Shown: positions 61,541-64,000 of the stretch, piece after piece
Position numbering within the stretch: position 1 is the stretch's first letter
Layout: the number at the start of each line of letters is the position of its first letter
Assembly (NCBI GenBank): GCA_965200315.1
Contig: OZ241362.1
Location: 448,001 to 512,000 of the forward strand
DNA: 64,000 nt
Direction: 5' to 3'
Origin: Candidatus Latescibacterota bacterium
GTDB taxonomy: Bacteria > Latescibacterota > UBA2968 > UBA8231
The notes under the pieces: model-generated
The model's database searches: none
What the model was told of the DNA's origin: nothing
Seen by the model: only the letters and a program-made list of their open reading frames with translations
Translations under genes and position numbers: made by a program

Positions 61541-63340
61541 TCATTTCTCCATCGCCGGCTTGAAGCGAGGCTCCAGCCGCTTCATTGCTTCGGCGTCATT
61601 GACCCCCATCAAAAGCCCCAAGTCGCGTAGCCGTCGCTCTAAGATCGTGCGATTCCTTTGCAGCAATTCGTTGGAGATTGTCATCTCCGGCGGGGGGGTA
61701 TCCACGTGAAATCCATAGCGTTTGCGCAAAATTTCGAGAAACTCCCTGAACGAAAGGGCGCGAATGCCCGGTTTGTTGCCGCTTTTCAGCAAGTGAAGGT
61801 GGACCAGATAATCCAGCACTGAATCGGTGAATACGAGAGAGCGAACATCGCGTCTCTGGCGCGTTGCGCTTCCACCGAGACTGCGCGTCGTCGTCCTCTT
61901 GGCCGCCAGACCGTTTGGACGCCCGGTGAGTAAACTCGAGTCGATCATCCTTATGAAGTTGGTACGAGGCTTCGACCCCATTAACATCATCAAGCCATAG
62001 GCAAGCCGCCAGACCGGGTTCTCTTGGCTGGTATCTTTCAAAATTTTCTCGACTTCGGGGTAGTCGTCCGCTAGTCCATCGGCTAGCTTGTCAGCATCGT
62101 CTTCTATCCTGTCCAAAATTCTTTGTGCTTGCGGATGGCGACCATGCAGTAATTCCCCCAATAGCTTCAGCCAACGCGTGGCATAAGGTCGGGTAGCAAT
62201 ATCCTCCCTTTTAATTCTTTTATTGTCCCGTGCCCGATAGTCCAATAGCCGCAATACCATCAAAAGGACGGGTAAACGCTCCATACGCCGCATATAGTCG
62301 TCCATCGACTCCTCGGCCGCAGCCCGGATGGTTCGCTCAACCCCATTGGAGCAATCCACGAACAAAGGGGCGGGTTTCTGCTCCTTGCGGACTGGGACGA
62401 CCCCTTTCTCCGACCACTTCAATAAAAGCGCAACCGTACTGGTAAGAATGGTCGTCAGCCCTACGGTAATACCGGACTCCAACATCTCCACCAAGGCGTA
62501 TCGCGGCGCGGGCTCTGCATACGAGCGCACAAAGCGGCGGATATCCTCAGAGAAATTTTCCGCCGCCTGCTTGGCGATGGGACGTTGATTGGAGATAGAG
62601 CTTTCCTTACCGCGTATCTTATCCGGTGCCGTCTTGAGTTGCTGGGCGAATCGGATCATCAACAGTTGGTCCAAACCAACGGACTCGTCTTTCTCCTCAA
62701 AACGATCCGATGCCAAGTCACTGGATATCTTTCCACGGCGAGTAACGCCTTGGCTGAAAGCGTTCAACAAAACGTTCTCCTCGTACCTCTTTCCCACCGG
62801 GAACCTCGTTTGCTTATCGTCACTCAACTGGACGAACTCGCTCTTCTTCTGGTCGGCCAGCATGGCCACGATCATTTCGGGAACGTAGCGGAGGTGTCCC
62901 ACAAACTGTGGAAGATCAATCCAACTCGCCATATAATGGGCCGGCGCGACCCGCTGGATTTGCTGATCGCGACCAAGATTGTGCTTGATATTTTCGAGAC
63001 AGAAACAGAGCAGTAAGTCGCCGAGGATGGCTTTTTTGGGTTCCCCGTCAAAACCGTCCAACTCTGCCACACCGGACAGCGTCTCCGCAATGCGCTCAAC
63101 GGTCGCTGACCGTCTTATTTGGCTAGGCGAGCCATCTTTTGCCCCAAACGTCTTTAGAAAATTTCCAGTCCCTCTCCGTTGACCAAAGCGGAACATGTAG
63201 AAAACCGCCGGAAGAATCGAAGACAACTCGAAATCTTGAACTGAGACCGGCAACACTTTGTCGTAGTTAGAGGACCAGATTTCTCGGGTCATGCTAGGGC
63301 CCAGTACATCTTCGACGAGTTTGCGGGCATTATCGGCCAT
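61541..63340 (-). CDS. Defence protein, DndG/SspG/MAD7-like
   Basis: 599 aa; C-terminal LERRLRDLGLL..NDAE..LEPRF; sits between the F-like and H-like genes. Confidence 0.6.
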   Translation of the reverse strand: MADNARKLVEDVLGPSMTREIWSSNYDKVLPVSVQDFELSSILPAVFYMFRFGQRRGTGNFLKTFGAKDGSPSQIRRSATVERIAETLSGVAELDGFDGEPKKAILGDLLLCFCLENIKHNLGRDQQIQRVAPAHYMASWIDLPQFVGHLRYVPEMIVAMLADQKKSEFVQLSDDKQTRFPVGKRYEENVLLNAFSQGVTRRGKISSDLASDRFEEKDESVGLDQLLMIRFAQQLKTAPDKIRGKESSISNQRPIAKQAAENFSEDIRRFVRSYAEPAPRYALVEMLESGITVGLTTILTSTVALLLKWSEKGVVPVRKEQKPAPLFVDCSNGVERTIRAAAEESMDDYMRRMERLPVLLMVLRLLDYRARDNKRIKREDIATRPYATRWLKLLGELLHGRHPQAQRILDRIEDDADKLADGLADDYPEVEKILKDTSQENPVWRLAYGLMMLMGSKPRTNFIRMIDSSLLTGRPNGLAAKRTTTRSLGGSATRQRRDVRSLVFTDSVLDYLVHLHLLKSGNKPGIRALSFREFLEILRKRYGFHVDTPPPEMTISNELLQRNRTILERRLRDLGLLMGVNDAEAMKRLEPRFKPAMEK

Positions 63341-63998
63341 TTATGGTCTCCTCCAGTCGCCGAATAATCATCTGTTGCTGAACGCCTTCACCGACACCTT
63401 TGACGATTTCCGCAGCAACCTCGTAGAGCGCCTCGTCCTGCATGGGATTCCAAGCCAGCACCGTGCGGTCATCCTCGCGCACCAACCGCTGCACAAAGAT
63501 CGACAAGTGAGCAAAAGTGTCGTCAGTCGAAACATCGCCCAACTGATAGCCATCGCTTAGTTCCAACAGCAGGTTAAACAATTCGGCACCGAGGCGGAGC
63601 CGCTCTTCGCCCCCATCTCGATAGCGGTAAATCAGAAAGGCTTGGCGATGCAGGCGGTCAAGTCCCTCGGCTTCGGCTGGTAGATCAGCTTCAAGCCGAA
63701 AGTTGGTCAGCGGTTTCTCCACCCAGAACGCGGTTTCCGTAGGCGTGCGCGGCGTAATGCGCAGCGGGACGACATCGGGGCGATCAAGTGCTTGGGGCGG
63801 CAGGCTTTCCAAGCGGGCAATTCCATCGCACAGCTTTCGGCGAAGATCGTCGAGAGCCCCTTCGGCGACTGGGAGATGTTTGAACGCCCTATAATGCCGC
63901 GCTTGGGCCAAGCCGAGGGCGTGGGGGTCTGCGGTGAGCTTGGCAATGTCGTTTTCGGTCCATTCAAAGTAGGCCCGCCGCCGCGCCGATTTCAGCCG
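63330..63998 (-). CDS. C-terminal part of a DndF/SspF/MAD6-like protein (5'-truncated by the window)
   Basis: Frame stays open to the edge (RLKSARRRAYFEW..); LRLGAELFNLLLELSDGY; overlaps the start of the next gene. Confidence 0.6.
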   Translation of the reverse strand, partial: RLKSARRRAYFEWTENDIAKLTADPHALGLAQARHYRAFKHLPVAEGALDDLRRKLCDGIARLESLPPQALDRPDVVPLRITPRTPTETAFWVEKPLTNFRLEADLPAEAEGLDRLHRQAFLIYRYRDGGEERLRLGAELFNLLLELSDGYQLGDVSTDDTFAHLSIFVQRLVREDDRTVLAWNPMQDEALYEVAAEIVKGVGEGVQQQMIIRRLEETINGR

Positions 63999-64000
63999 AG

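Overview
Bacterial chromosomal window, GC-rich and mostly minus-strand. It is most likely from an FCB-group organism such as Ca. Latescibacterota. This is an inference from the T9SS/FlgD-type sorting domains, a C-terminal ..SWGRIK.. motif, a Bacteroidetes-type sigma-70 and alternative complex III. The left end holds a large secreted mosaic protein that is missing from the ORF track because it runs off the edge. It carries an internal T9SS-CTD-like domain, a dockerin, 6 PD40 repeats, 3 near-identical Ig repeats and an FGE-sulfatase domain, and is followed by an AT-rich islet with an XRE regulator. The middle is housekeeping: hemL, a YmfF/YmfH-like M16 pair, trmJ, gmd, gcvPT, coaE, clpP, epmA, clpX, trxA, holA, hisN, a sigma factor, rph, smpB, three tRNAs and a complete actABCDEFG-sco-caa3 operon. 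A decayed chimeric toxin-antitoxin locus follows. The right end holds the last three genes of a DndFGH/SspFGH/MAD6-8-like restriction module, whose large HerA-type ATPase has a PD-(D/E)xK motif. The best leads are an unrecognised ~320-nt highly paired RNA upstream of clpP, the defence module, the misplaced T9SS-CTD/dockerin cassette and an EpmA retaining an OB-fold. All calls come from reading motifs by eye; no searches were run.
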